Source of the DNA: Burkholderiales bacterium
GTDB taxonomy: Bacteria > Pseudomonadota > Gammaproteobacteria > Burkholderiales > Burkholderiaceae_D
Reading direction: 5' to 3'
Assembly (NCBI GenBank): GCA_038225855.1
Contig: JBBRQU010000016.1
Location: forward strand, 3,983 to 67,982
DNA length: 64,000 nt
In this document: positions 1 to 10,461 of the stretch, piece by piece
Layout of the letters: the number at the start of each line of letters is the position of its first letter
How positions within the stretch are numbered: position 1 is the stretch's first letter
Program-made: the position numbers and the translations under genes
The notes under the pieces: generated by a model
Databases searched by the model: none
Told to the model about the DNA's origin: nothing
What the model saw: only the letters and a program-made list of their open reading frames with translations

Positions 1-1674
1 CGCGGCGCGAGCATTGCGCACCGCCACGTCGTCGACCAGAACGCGCTCGGCATTGTAATAGCTGTGCAGGTCGGCGGCGCAGTCCTTCAGGTAGAACGCG
101 AGCTGATGCGGCGCTAACTCTTCGGCGGCGGTGGCGAGCACCTCGGGATATTCGGCGAGCCTCTGCATCAGCGCGACTTCACTGGTGGCAACCAGTGGCG
201 ACAGGTCCACTTCGCGCAGCGTACCGAGCTTCGTTTCCCAATCGAATCCGCCCCATTGGGCGAGCACCGAGCAGATGCGCGCATGCGCGTACTGCACGTA
301 ATAGACGGGGTTCTCGTCGGACTGCGCGAGCGCCAGATCGACATCGAAGGTGAACTCGGTGTCGGCCTTCCTCGCGATGAAAAAGAAACGAACCGCGTCG
401 CGGCCGCGCACGTTGGGGCGGTCCTCGCCGCCGCTCATCTGGATCAGATCGCGCAGCGTCACGTAGCTTCCCGCGCGCTTGCTGATCTTCATCTCTTCGC
501 CGCCCTTCATCACCCGAACCATCTTGTGAAGGATGTAGTCGGGATAGATCGCCGGCAGCCCGAGATGCTCGTGGTCCGAGATCGCGCGCAGACCCGCCCG
601 TACGCGCGCGACCGTGCCGTGATGATCGCTGCCCTGCACGTTGATGGCCTTGTGAAAGCCGCGCTCCCACTTGGCGAGGTGATACGCGACATCGGGCACG
701 AAGTAGGTGAAGGTGCCGTCGGACTTCTTCATCACGCGGTCCTTGTCGTCGCCCAGATCGGGATAGGCGGTCGTGGCCAGCCACAACGCGCCGTCGGACT
801 CGTAGGTTTTGCCGGCGTCGATCAAGGCGCTGACCGTCCTGTCGACGCGCCCCTCGCTGTAGAGCGACGACTCGAGATAATAGTTGTCGAACGCGACCCC
901 GAAAGCCTTGAGGTCGAGATCCTGTTCGCGGCGCAGCGTCGCAACCGCGAAGCGACGGATGTCGTCGAGGTCTTCGATGTCGCCCGACGCCGCAAGCTCC
1001 GTGCTGTCGGACGCGATCGTCTTCCTGGCGAGAAAGTCGGCTGCGATCTCGGCGATGTAGGCGCCGTTGTATGCGGCTGCCGGCCATTGCTCATCGCCGG
1101 GCGCGAACCCGTGCGCGCGCGCCTGAACCGAGAGCGCGAGCGTCGCGATCTGCACGCCCGCGTCGTTGTAGTAGTACTCGCGCGTGACCGCATGGCCCTG
1201 CGATTCGAGCAGCGCCGCGATCACGTCGCCCAGAGCGCCCTGACGGCCGTGGCCCACATGCAGCGGCCCGGTCGGATTGGCCGAGACGAATTCGACGATC
1301 ACTTTCCCGTCATCGCCGCGTGGCGTCTTGCGCCTTCCGAAACCATCGCGCTCCACCAGGATCGTTGCGATTGCGGCTTGCCTTGCCTTCGAAGACAGAA
1401 AGAGATTGATGAAGCCCGGTCCCGCGATCTCGGCGCGCTCGACGATGCCTTCGGGTTCGGCGAGCAGCGCGGCGATGATCTTCTGCGCAATCGCGCGCGG
1501 ATTCTGCTTCAACGACCTGGCGATCTGCATCGCGACGTTGCACGACAGGTCGCCGTGCGCCGCGTGCTTGGGACGCTCGAGCGTGACGACCGGCGCAAGG
1601 TCGGCGCCTTCGATGAGAGGAGCCAGCGCGGCGGTGATGCGATCGACGATCGCGCGCTTCTGGGCGACGAGCAT
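1..1674 (-). CDS. argS: arginine--tRNA ligase, 3' end cut by window edge
   Basis: The third minus-strand frame is open from the left edge up to ATG 1674..1672. Hand translation gives [20 protein letters not shown]... and the class I HIGH region [21 protein letters not shown] (about 1240-1302). It is absent from the ORF track because it runs off the window. Confidence 0.9.
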   Translation of the reverse strand, partial: MLVAQKRAIVDRITAALAPLIEGADLAPVVTLERPKHAAHGDLSCNVAMQIARSLKQNPRAIAQKIIAALLAEPEGIVERAEIAGPGFINLFLSSKARQAAIATILVERDGFGRRKTPRGDDGKVIVEFVSANPTGPLHVGHGRQGALGDVIAALLESQGHAVTREYYYNDAGVQIATLALSVQARAHGFAPGDEQWPAAAYNGAYIAEIAADFLARKTIASDSTELAASGDIEDLDDIRRFAVATLRREQDLDLKAFGVAFDNYYLESSLYSEGRVDRTVSALIDAGKTYESDGALWLATTAYPDLGDDKDRVMKKSDGTFTYFVPDVAYHLAKWERGFHKAINVQGSDHHGTVARVRAGLRAISDHEHLGLPAIYPDYILHKMVRVMKGGEEMKISKRAGSYVTLRDLIQMSGGEDRPNVRGRDAVRFFFIARKADTEFTFDVDLALAQSDENPVYYVQYAHARICSVLAQWGGFDWETKLGTLREVDLSPLVATSEVALMQRLAEYPEVLATAAEELAPHQLAFYLKDCAADLHSYYNAERVLVDDVAVRNARAA

Positions 1675-1838
1675 GAGCTGGTTGATGCGAAGGAGGAGTC
1701 GGGGACTGCAATCGGTCGAACCGATTGACGCGAACGGGAACCGGGGCGCGCGTGGCCTGACGGCGAGGCCCCGAATTATAGCGATGACGCGCGACGACGA
1801 TGCGCGATGACGCCGACGATGACGCGCGACGGTCCCGC

Positions 1839-2858
1839 CTACTTGCGCCGCGCGCGCGGATGCGCGGCGTCGTACACCTCGGCCAGGCGTTTGAAGTCGA
1901 GGCTCGTATAGACCTGGGTCGCGGCGATACTCGCGTGGCCGAGCAACTCCTGCACCGCACGCAGATCGCCGCTCGCCTGCAGCATGTGCGACGCGAACGA
2001 ATGCCTGAGCACGTGCGGATGGACATGCGCCGGCATGCCGGCGCGCTGTGCGTGCGCCTTCAGACGGCTTTGTATGGTGCGGCCCGAAAGACGCGCACCG
2101 CGCGCCGAAAGAAACAAGGGATGCGCCTCGGCCCTGACGAAGGCCTCGCGTTCTGCAAGCCAGGTTGCGATCGCGGCGCGCGCCTTCTTGCCGACCGGCA
2201 CCGTGCGCCGCTTGTTGCCCTTGCCGGTCACGGTCACTTCGCCGACGACGAGGTCGATCCAGCCGGACGATGCATAGCCGCGTTCCTTCGCATACGCGAT
2301 ATCGAGTCCGACGAGTTCCGATAAACGCAGGCCCGACGAATAGAAGAGTTCGTAGATCGCCGCGTCGCGTCGCGCGAAGAGATCGGCCTCACCCTTGTGG
2401 CTTGCGTGCGGCGCGTCGAGCAGGCGCATCGTCAGATCTTCGGAGAGCGCCTTCGGAAGGCGCTTGCCGAGCCGGGGCGCGTGCACGTCGGCAACCGGGT
2501 TGTCGGTCGCGTCCTCGTATTGCGCGAGCCACGTGAAATAGCCGCGCCACGCGGACAATGCGCGCGCGATCGACCGCGGTGCGAGGCCGCGCGCATGCAG
2601 CTTCGCGGCATGACGACGGATCTGCGCGGAACGCAGCGCCTCGATCGCAAGCGGCTCTGCTTCGTTCGCAGCGAGCCTGTGCAGCGTCTCGAGCTCGCGG
2701 CGATACGCGCTGACCGTGTGGTCCGAAAGCTGGCGTTGCTCGGTGAGGCTCGCAAGATAGCGCTCGGCCGACGCCGATAGCGGCGTCGCAGGTACGGCCG
2801 CTGCTTCGCGCGCCGACGGTTCGGCGCGCGGGAAAGTCGCTGCTGGCGTTCGCTTCAA
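1839..2858 (-). CDS. xerC: tyrosine recombinase XerC
   Basis: 339-aa ORF. The C-terminal catalytic region [41 protein letters not shown] carries the HxxR..H..Y signature. It sits in the conserved dapF-DUF484-xerC context. The listed start is TTG, so the true start is uncertain. Confidence 0.85.
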   Translation of the reverse strand: MKRTPAATFPRAEPSAREAAAVPATPLSASAERYLASLTEQRQLSDHTVSAYRRELETLHRLAANEAEPLAIEALRSAQIRRHAAKLHARGLAPRSIARALSAWRGYFTWLAQYEDATDNPVADVHAPRLGKRLPKALSEDLTMRLLDAPHASHKGEADLFARRDAAIYELFYSSGLRLSELVGLDIAYAKERGYASSGWIDLVVGEVTVTGKGNKRRTVPVGKKARAAIATWLAEREAFVRAEAHPLFLSARGARLSGRTIQSRLKAHAQRAGMPAHVHPHVLRHSFASHMLQASGDLRAVQELLGHASIAATQVYTSLDFKRLAEVYDAAHPRARRK

Positions 2859-3577
2859 CGCAGCAGCCGCGTCAATGCGGCGCTCGAAGTCTCGCCGATG
2901 CGCGCGAGGAAATCGGTGCCCATGCCTTCATGAAAACGCCGCGGATCGGCCGAGCCGAGCGCGAGGACGCCGAAGGCGGTGGGCGCCGCGCCGCGTCGCA
3001 GGGGAATCAATGCGACCGATCGCACATCCGAAGCGTGCGGCGCTTGGCTGGATTTCGTTCCATCCGCGGATTCTTGGTCGAGCGCAGCGTCGTGATTGTG
3101 GAACAACGGCAGCGCGTGGGCCGCGTCCAGCAGCGGCATGCCGCAATAGGGCGACGCGAGCGTGCCGACATATTCGATCAGCTCGACAGACGCGTCGCGA
3201 GCGCGCGCGACATCGGCGAACTCGTCGGCCGCATCCCACAACGACAGCGCGACCTGCGGCACCGAAAAGATTTCTTCGAGCGAACCCGTCAAGGTCTCGG
3301 GCAACAGGCGCACCGCGCGTTGCAGCAGCAACATGCGCGTCCAGCGTGCGAGCCGTTCCGCGATGGCATCGTTCTCCTGGCCGAAGCGAAGCAGCTCGGC
3401 GACCTTGAGTTCGAGCCCGCGATTCTTTTCGCGCAAGGTCATCATCTGGCGCTCGGCCAGCGGGATCGCGCGGCCGCCATGCGGATGCGGCACGGTCAGG
3501 GTCGCGAACAACGTGGCGTGCTCGTCGAAAAATTCGGGATGCTGTTGCAGATAATCGGCAACGTCCTGTGCATTCAT
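2855..3577 (-). CDS. DUF484 (YigA-like) family protein
   Basis: 240-aa ORF starting MNAQDVADYLQQHPEFFDEH, the typical N-terminus of the DUF484 proteins found between dapF and xerC. It overlaps the xerC ORF by 4 nt. Confidence 0.8.
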   Translation of the reverse strand: MNAQDVADYLQQHPEFFDEHATLFATLTVPHPHGGRAIPLAERQMMTLREKNRGLELKVAELLRFGQENDAIAERLARWTRMLLLQRAVRLLPETLTGSLEEIFSVPQVALSLWDAADEFADVARARDASVELIEYVGTLASPYCGMPLLDAAHALPLFHNHDAALDQESADGTKSSQAPHASDVRSVALIPLRRGAAPTAFGVLALGSADPRRFHEGMGTDFLARIGETSSAALTRLLR

Positions 3578-3611
3578 GGGCGAGTGGAGTCGGTTGAGGG
3601 GACAGTTGGAG

Positions 3612-4517
3612 CTAGTGAACGACAGCTTGCGCGAAGCCCGCGGGCAACTGCTCGACAGCGGGCACAGTGACCTCGCCTTCGAAGACCGTCACCGCGGGCC
3701 CCGACATCATCACGGGCGTGTCGTTGCCGTCCCATGCGATGACCAGGTCGCCGCCGCGCGCATGCACGGTGGCCGGCGACGCGACGAGGCCGCGCCGGAT
3801 GCCCGAGACCACCGCCGCGCATGCGCCCGTGCCGCACGCCAGTGTTTCGCCCGCACCGCGCTCATAGACGCGCAGGCGAATCGTGTGGTCATCGACGATC
3901 TGCATGAAGCCCGCGTTGACGCGCTTCTGAAATCGCTGGTGCGCTTCGACGCGCGGACCGAGCGTCGCAACCGGCGCCTGGTCGACGTCGTCGACGATCG
4001 TGACCGCATGCGGATTGCCCATCGACACGACGCCGATGGCCAGCGTGGTCGCGTTGTCGAGCGGCAGAGGCCAGATCGATTCGATGCCTTCGGTTCTTGC
4101 GACGAGGCCAGTGGCGTCGAAAGGAATCGCCGCGAGATCGAAGCGCGGCCGCCCCATGTCCACCGTGACCGAGCCGTCGGCTTCAAGGGTAGGCGTGATC
4201 AAGCCCGACAGCGTCTCGACGGCAATCGCGTCGCGATCGGACAAACCCTTTTCGCGCACGAAGAGCGCGAACGCGCGCGCGCCGTTGCCGCAATGCTCGA
4301 CCTCGCCGCCATCGGCGTTGAAGATGCGATACGAGAAGTCGGCGCGTTCGGCGTCGACCGGCGGCCCGACGATCAGGATCTGATCGGCGCCGATGCCCAA
4401 ACGCCGATCGGCGAGCCAGCGCCATTGCGCACGCTCGAGCGCGATCTCCGCGCGCGTCGCATCGAGCACGATGAAGTCGTTGCCCGCGCCCTGCATCTTG
4501 GTGAATTTCAAACGCAT
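3612..4517 (-). CDS. dapF: diaminopimelate epimerase
   Basis: [20 protein letters not shown]-terminus. Both catalytic Cys contexts are present ([10 protein letters not shown] and [10 protein letters not shown]). 301 aa. Confidence 0.93.
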   Translation of the reverse strand: MRLKFTKMQGAGNDFIVLDATRAEIALERAQWRWLADRRLGIGADQILIVGPPVDAERADFSYRIFNADGGEVEHCGNGARAFALFVREKGLSDRDAIAVETLSGLITPTLEADGSVTVDMGRPRFDLAAIPFDATGLVARTEGIESIWPLPLDNATTLAIGVVSMGNPHAVTIVDDVDQAPVATLGPRVEAHQRFQKRVNAGFMQIVDDHTIRLRVYERGAGETLACGTGACAAVVSGIRRGLVASPATVHARGGDLVIAWDGNDTPVMMSGPAVTVFEGEVTVPAVEQLPAGFAQAVVH

Positions 4518-4609
4518 GCCGAATTATCGTCGATGGCTCGGCGATCGCTGCGCAAGCGATGCGCGATAGGCGGGCAAACGTTGTTCGGCGCGCATCGGTC
4601 AACGCAAAG

Positions 4610-5524
4610 TCAGCGATAGAACTTGGCGTCGCCCGGCGGCCTCGTCTTGAAGCGCTTGTGGGTCCAGAGATATTGCTCGGGCATCTCGAGCACGCGTTCT
4701 TCGATGAAAGCATTCATCCGTCTCGCGGCGTGCGCGAGCGTGGTCGGCGCGAGCGTCGCAGGCCCGGGCCCGGCGGGCTCTGCCTCCTCGCGATCGGGAA
4801 AGTCGATCCACGCCGGATAGAAGCGCGCCTCGTAGCCATCGGACGTCATGCGCGTCACGCACGGGACCACACGTGCATGCGTGATGCGCGCCAGTCGCGC
4901 AGGCGCGGTGATGGTCGCCGTCGAGACGCCGAAGAACGGCACGAAAGCCGCGTCGCGCGCACCGAAGTCCATGTCGGGCAGGTAGTAGAACGACCGGCCG
5001 CGCCGCATCGCGCGAATCGCGCCGCGCATGCCGTCCTGGCGCGACAACAGCAGCGGTTTGTTGAAGCGGCTGCGCGCCGCGAGGATCGCATCGTCGAGCA
5101 CCTTGTTCTTTTGATGCGAGTACATCGAGATCGCATGCAGCAGCATCGAGAAGCGGATGCCGCCCGCGTCGAGCCCGACGAAGTGGGGTGCGAGCACGAT
5201 CACCGGACCTGCTGCCGCGGCCTCTTCGAAATGATGAAGGTCGATCCATCGCACATGCTTTTCGATGCGCTCGCGGTCTCCCCACCAGATCAAACCGCGA
5301 TCGAGCACGCTTTGTGCGAAGGCGCGAAAGTGCGCGCGCGCCAGCTTGCGGCGCTCGCGCTCGGGCATTTGCGGGAAACACGCGCGCAGGTTGATGCGGG
5401 CGACGCGGCGGCGATCGGCTGCGACCAGATACAACAGCGCGCCGAGCGCCGCACCCAGCGCGCGCGTAATCGGCAAGGGCAAGGCGCCGAAAGATCGAAG
5501 GACTCGCAACCAGAAACGCGTCAT
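4610..5524 (-). CDS. lipid A biosynthesis lauroyl/myristoyl acyltransferase (LpxL/HtrB family), copy 1
   Basis: Start taken at the internal ATG 5524 (MTRFWLRVLRSF...). The 629-aa track ORF start was not used. Hx4D motif in LAPHFVGLDAGG. The C-terminal EQYLWTHKRFKTRP is typical of the family. ATGA start/stop overlap with the upstream paralog. Confidence 0.8.
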   Translation of the reverse strand: MTRFWLRVLRSFGALPLPITRALGAALGALLYLVAADRRRVARINLRACFPQMPERERRKLARAHFRAFAQSVLDRGLIWWGDRERIEKHVRWIDLHHFEEAAAAGPVIVLAPHFVGLDAGGIRFSMLLHAISMYSHQKNKVLDDAILAARSRFNKPLLLSRQDGMRGAIRAMRRGRSFYYLPDMDFGARDAAFVPFFGVSTATITAPARLARITHARVVPCVTRMTSDGYEARFYPAWIDFPDREEAEPAGPGPATLAPTTLAHAARRMNAFIEERVLEMPEQYLWTHKRFKTRPPGDAKFYR

Positions 5525-6453
5525 GAGCTCGTGTCGTTCGTCGACGGCGGCGCGTCGGCCGAGCGCGGCTTCTTGTAGCGGTTGTAGCCCCACAGATATT
5601 GCTCGGGGTTCGATCGAATCAAGTTCTCGAGCGCCGCGTTGATCTGTGTTGCCGCGATGACGGGATCGTTCGACAGGGGCTCGTCGTGGCGTGAGAAATG
5701 CACCGTCCACCCTCGACCATCGGCGAGCCGCTCGCCGTGTGCAAGCAACAACGCAGCGCCTGTCAGCTTCTGCAGCCGCGCCGGCAAGGTCATCGTGTAC
5801 GCGGGCTTTCCGAAGAAGTGGGCCCATACCCCTTCGCCTCGGCTGGGGACCTGATCGGGCAGCATGCCGATCGCTTCGCCGCGCCTCAAGGCGCGCGAGA
5901 GACGCCGCACGCCCGACAGATCGGCGGGCGCGAGCGCGAGGTTTTCGCGCGGTCGACAGCCTTCGATCAACGGCGCGAGCCAAGATTTTCGCGGGCGGCG
6001 ATACAGCACCGTCAACGGCGCACCGGCCTCGCGATTGTTCGCATAGAACTGCGCGGTCACTTCGAAGCAGCCCAGATGCGGCGTGAGGAACACGATGCCG
6101 CGACCTTCGCGTCGCGCGGCTTCGACGACAGGCCATCCGGTCGCGCGCGTGCGGGCGAGCACTTCGCTCTGAGGGCGCATCCACACGAAGGCCAATTCCA
6201 GCGCTCCCCTGCCCGCTTGCGCGGCAGCCCGGCCGATCTGCCCTCGATCGGATACCGTGGGATAACCGGCCTGTGCGAGATTGTCGATCAGATGCCGTCG
6301 ATAACCCGGTGTGATTGCCGCAACGAGGCGGCCCGACGCGCTCCCGATTTTTTGCAGCAGGCCGAGCGGCAAATGCGAGAGAAGGCGAATGAGGGCGGTC
6401 AGCAAGGTGAGCGAAAATTCGAGGCGTGGTTGCAGCCGCGGCGCGTCCGGCAT
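5521..6453 (-). CDS. lipid A biosynthesis acyltransferase (LpxL/LpxM family), copy 2
   Basis: About 310 aa. Hx4E motif in LTPHLGCFEV. C-terminal PEQYLWGYNRYKKPR. ATG at 6453 is preferred over the TTG at 6456. Divergent from metK. Confidence 0.8.
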   Translation of the reverse strand: MPDAPRLQPRLEFSLTLLTALIRLLSHLPLGLLQKIGSASGRLVAAITPGYRRHLIDNLAQAGYPTVSDRGQIGRAAAQAGRGALELAFVWMRPQSEVLARTRATGWPVVEAARREGRGIVFLTPHLGCFEVTAQFYANNREAGAPLTVLYRRPRKSWLAPLIEGCRPRENLALAPADLSGVRRLSRALRRGEAIGMLPDQVPSRGEGVWAHFFGKPAYTMTLPARLQKLTGAALLLAHGERLADGRGWTVHFSRHDEPLSNDPVIAATQINAALENLIRSNPEQYLWGYNRYKKPRSADAPPSTNDTSS

Positions 6454-6633
6454 CAAAGCGCAAAAGGCGCGGTATCATACGGCCCCACGAGCACGGCAAC
6501 GATTCGAGATGATTCGCGTTGCCTTGCGGACGCGCCCGTTTTATGACTACTTGCGGGGCGGTCCGGATCGAGACGATGTTGCCGCTCGATCCTTGGTGTC
6601 GCTAAAGCGTCGCTGTTTCGGGTTCTCCTGACC

Positions 6634-6670
6634 GGCCGCCGAACGTGACACTTCCGGCGGCCTTTTCATT
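6634..6670 (+). terminator. terminator-like hairpin inside the metK 5' leader (candidate attenuator)
   Basis: GGCCGCCG (6634-6641) pairs with CGGCGGCC (6655-6662). TTTTCATT (6663-6670) follows. The SD AGGAG (6677-6681) and the metK ATG at 6688 come next. Confidence 0.5.
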
Positions 6671-6687
6671 GTGTTCAGGAGTCCCTC

Positions 6688-7881
<1,194 letters not shown>

Positions 7882-7942
7882 CTGGCGACAGTGGCGAGGC
7901 AATTGGCGTTCGCGCCGATTGGTCTTGAGGTCCTTGCCGAAA

Positions 7943-8518
7943 TCAGTTCAACGGCGACACCCCGATCAGCCACCGGTGTATGCCCATGATCAACGCGGCA
8001 TAGATCGTCAACCCCCCGACGACGGCAATCAGATCGTTGAACTTCGATGGCGGCGCGGTGCGCACTTCATGCGGCACCGCGCGGCGGTTGACCGCGATGC
8101 GATCAACCGCGGCCCAAACCAGGAATCCGCCGAACAGAAGCACATCGGCCAACGTGCCGTTGGCGAGCAGGTGCGCAAAAGCCCAGATGATCACCGCCAA
8201 CAGCATCGGATGCTTGGTCGCGCGCCGGATGCGCCCCGGCAGATACGCGGACAACAGCAAGGGAAACACCGGCAGCATCAATATCAGCGCAAGGTGGCGC
8301 ATCGCGGCCGGCGGCGCATAGACCATCGCCGTCGTATGGCGCGCCAGTCCGTAGCCGTAGAGCAGCAGTACGAAGCCGATGAGCGACCCAACCGAATAGA
8401 TGCGCTTCCATGCTTTCTCGCCGCGCCGCGCGACTTGTGCGTCTCGCCATGCGGGAGCGACGATGGCTATTGAATGGATCCCGAGGAAAAATACCAAGCC
8501 AACGATCAACAGGGTCAT
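7943..8518 (-). CDS. NnrU family membrane protein
   Basis: 191 aa and multi-TM. LFFLGIHSI..., KHPMLLAVIIWAFAHLLANG resemble NnrU/DUF disulfide-less membrane proteins. Confidence 0.7.
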   Translation of the reverse strand: MTLLIVGLVFFLGIHSIAIVAPAWRDAQVARRGEKAWKRIYSVGSLIGFVLLLYGYGLARHTTAMVYAPPAAMRHLALILMLPVFPLLLSAYLPGRIRRATKHPMLLAVIIWAFAHLLANGTLADVLLFGGFLVWAAVDRIAVNRRAVPHEVRTAPPSKFNDLIAVVGGLTIYAALIMGIHRWLIGVSPLN

Positions 8519-8551
8519 GACGTTCTCCGTAACGGTGAGTTGTGCACGTAA

Positions 8552-9451
8552 ATGTCTTCCGACGCGCTTCGCAGCGAACTGATCTTTCTGTCGCGTTCAG
8601 GCGACGCGCAACGCATCGGTGACTGCGTCGTCGTGCGCACGCCCGACAACCCGACTTATTGGTGGGGCAATACGCTCTACTTCGATCGCGCGCCGGCCAA
8701 GGGCGACTTGATGCGATGGACGCGGCTGTTCGATCAACGCTTGCGCGTTCGACAACCCGAATCGCGGCATACCACTTTCGGTTGGAGCGGTGCCGAACGC
8801 GGCTGCGTCAATCCGTTCATCGACTCCGGTTACACACTGCATGAGTTGGTCATCCTGACTGCAGACAAAGGCGCAGTTATCGAGCCGCTTCATGAAAATC
8901 GTTTCGCACAGATTGCAGCGCTTGCTTCAACCGATTGGGGCGCGCTTCGCGACTTGATGATCGAAACGCGCGAGGCCCATCACACGCTGGAAGGCTACGC
9001 GACATTCGCTGAAAGGCGCATCGCCACCTGGCGCGCGCTCAGCGATGCTGGTCAGGGCGCATGGTTCGGCGCGTGGCAGGAGCTCGGCGATGAGCGTCAA
9101 TTGGTGTCGGCGCTCGGCGTCTTCGTCGAAGCGGAACGCGCTGCGGACGGGCGACGCATCGGGCGCTTTCAGCAGGTCATCACGCATCCTGCCACGCGCC
9201 GCCAAGGACTGGCCAGTATGCTGGTCGCACGGGCCTCACGCCATGCGTTCGATCGGCTCGATGCGGACACTCTGCTCATCATTGCCGACGAGCACGACGC
9301 CGCGCGCCGCGTTTACCAGTCGACCGGCTTTCGTGCCTGCGGCTGGCAGCGCGGGCTTGAACTCGGCGGGCTATTGAACACAACGCGGGCGCCGTGTGTC
9401 CCGTACAAGACACGCTGTTTCAAGGGCGCACGCCGCTCGCAGCCATCGTGA
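8552..9451 (+). CDS. GNAT family N-acetyltransferase
   Basis: 299 aa. The acetyl-CoA motif A-like segment QQVITHPATRRQGLASMLV (RxxGxA) is followed by AARRVYQSTGF. Confidence 0.6.
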   Translation: MSSDALRSELIFLSRSGDAQRIGDCVVVRTPDNPTYWWGNTLYFDRAPAKGDLMRWTRLFDQRLRVRQPESRHTTFGWSGAERGCVNPFIDSGYTLHELVILTADKGAVIEPLHENRFAQIAALASTDWGALRDLMIETREAHHTLEGYATFAERRIATWRALSDAGQGAWFGAWQELGDERQLVSALGVFVEAERAADGRRIGRFQQVITHPATRRQGLASMLVARASRHAFDRLDADTLLIIADEHDAARRVYQSTGFRACGWQRGLELGGLLNTTRAPCVPYKTRCFKGARRSQPS

Positions 9452-9503
9452 GAAAATGCGCGGCTCGCGTCGAGATGCGCGATTCGCTTTCGGCCCTCCC
9501 GCA

Positions 9504-10412
9504 ATGAAGCTCACCCTCGTCGTCATCCTCCTGCTCTTCGCGGCCAGCGGCGCCTACGTGCACCTGCGCGGTCGCGTGCGCCACAAGGTCGGTCGGCAGG
9601 TGTTCGATCACTCGACGTTCACGGCGCCGATGAACATATTCATGTATGCGTTCTCGCGCGTACCCACCACGCCATACCTCGAAGCGGCATCCTTCCCCCA
9701 TCTGCTCAAGCTGTCCGACAATTGGCAGGTGATTCGCGACGAAGGCGTGAAGCTGATGGACCTGCAGAAGATCAAGGCGGCCGATTCGCACAACGATGCG
9801 GGATTCAACTCGTTCTTCAAGACCGGATGGAAGCGCTTCTATCTGAAGTGGTACGACGATGCCCACCCGTCGGCCGCCGCGCTGTGCCCGAAAACCACCG
9901 CGCTGCTACGCGAGATTCCCGAGGTCAAGGCCGCGATGTTTGCCGAGTTGCCCGACGGCGCGAAGCTCGGGCGCCATCGCGATCCCTACGCGGGATCGTT
10001 GCGCTATCACCTCGGCCTTTCGACGCCGAACGACGATCGCTGTTTCATCGACGTCGACGGCCAGCGCTATAGCTGGCGCGACGGGCAGGGCGTGGTATTC
10101 GACGAAACCTTCATCCACTACGCCGAGAATCGCAGCGGTCGGAACCGACTGATCCTGTTCTGCGACATCGAGCGGCCGATGAAGACGCGCTGGGCGCAAT
10201 GGCTCAACCACTGGCTCGGCAAGAACGTCGTCGCCGCTGGATCGTCGCCCAACGACGCGGGTGACAAGACCGGCTTCATCAACAAGATCTTCATCGTGTC
10301 GCACGTCGCGGGCCAGTATCGGCGGCGTTTCAAACGGTGGAATCCGATGGTTTATCGGGTGAGCAAAGCGCTGCTATTGGTCGGTATTGCCGCGGCGATC
10401 GTTTTTCTTTAA
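9504..10412 (+). CDS. lpxO: aspartyl/asparaginyl beta-hydroxylase family protein, LpxO-like lipid A hydroxylase
   Basis: Start at the internal ATG 9504 (MKLTLVVILLLFAASGAYVHLRG, an N-terminal TM). Also FNSFFKTGWKRFYLKWY, GRHRDPYAGSLRYHLGL and a C-terminal TM. About 302 aa, as in LpxO. Confidence 0.75.
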   Translation: MKLTLVVILLLFAASGAYVHLRGRVRHKVGRQVFDHSTFTAPMNIFMYAFSRVPTTPYLEAASFPHLLKLSDNWQVIRDEGVKLMDLQKIKAADSHNDAGFNSFFKTGWKRFYLKWYDDAHPSAAALCPKTTALLREIPEVKAAMFAELPDGAKLGRHRDPYAGSLRYHLGLSTPNDDRCFIDVDGQRYSWRDGQGVVFDETFIHYAENRSGRNRLILFCDIERPMKTRWAQWLNHWLGKNVVAAGSSPNDAGDKTGFINKIFIVSHVAGQYRRRFKRWNPMVYRVSKALLLVGIAAAIVFL

Positions 10413-10461
10413 AGCGCAATCGGATTTCTGAAACCCGGGGCAAGGCGCGCCGCGAACAAGT

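Noticed and set aside
256-1728. 490-aa + strand ORF, and similar long ORFs at 6547..7902 -, 14121..15668 -, 31131..32720 +, 41407..42810 +, 43667..45004 +, 56435..57532 +, 58266..59411 + and 59262..60581 -
   Set aside because: Each lies antisense to, or out of frame with, a gene that has unmistakable family motifs (argS, metK, ahcY, gntK, atpD, atpA, liv genes, beta-helix protein). Their sequences are Arg/Ala/Gly-rich and low in complexity, as expected for shadow ORFs in high-GC DNA.
1839-2858. Tyrosine recombinase as a marker of an integrated mobile element
   Set aside because: It sits in the conserved dapF-DUF484-xerC housekeeping arrangement. There is no att-like repeat, cargo or composition change nearby, so I read it as XerC.
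4610-6499. 629-aa ORF that would fuse both lipid A acyltransferases into one protein
   Set aside because: Its N-terminal half is a junk-like out-of-frame reading of the upstream paralog region. A good internal ATG (5524) gives a normal 304-aa LpxL-family protein with an ATGA overlap to the 5521..6453 gene.
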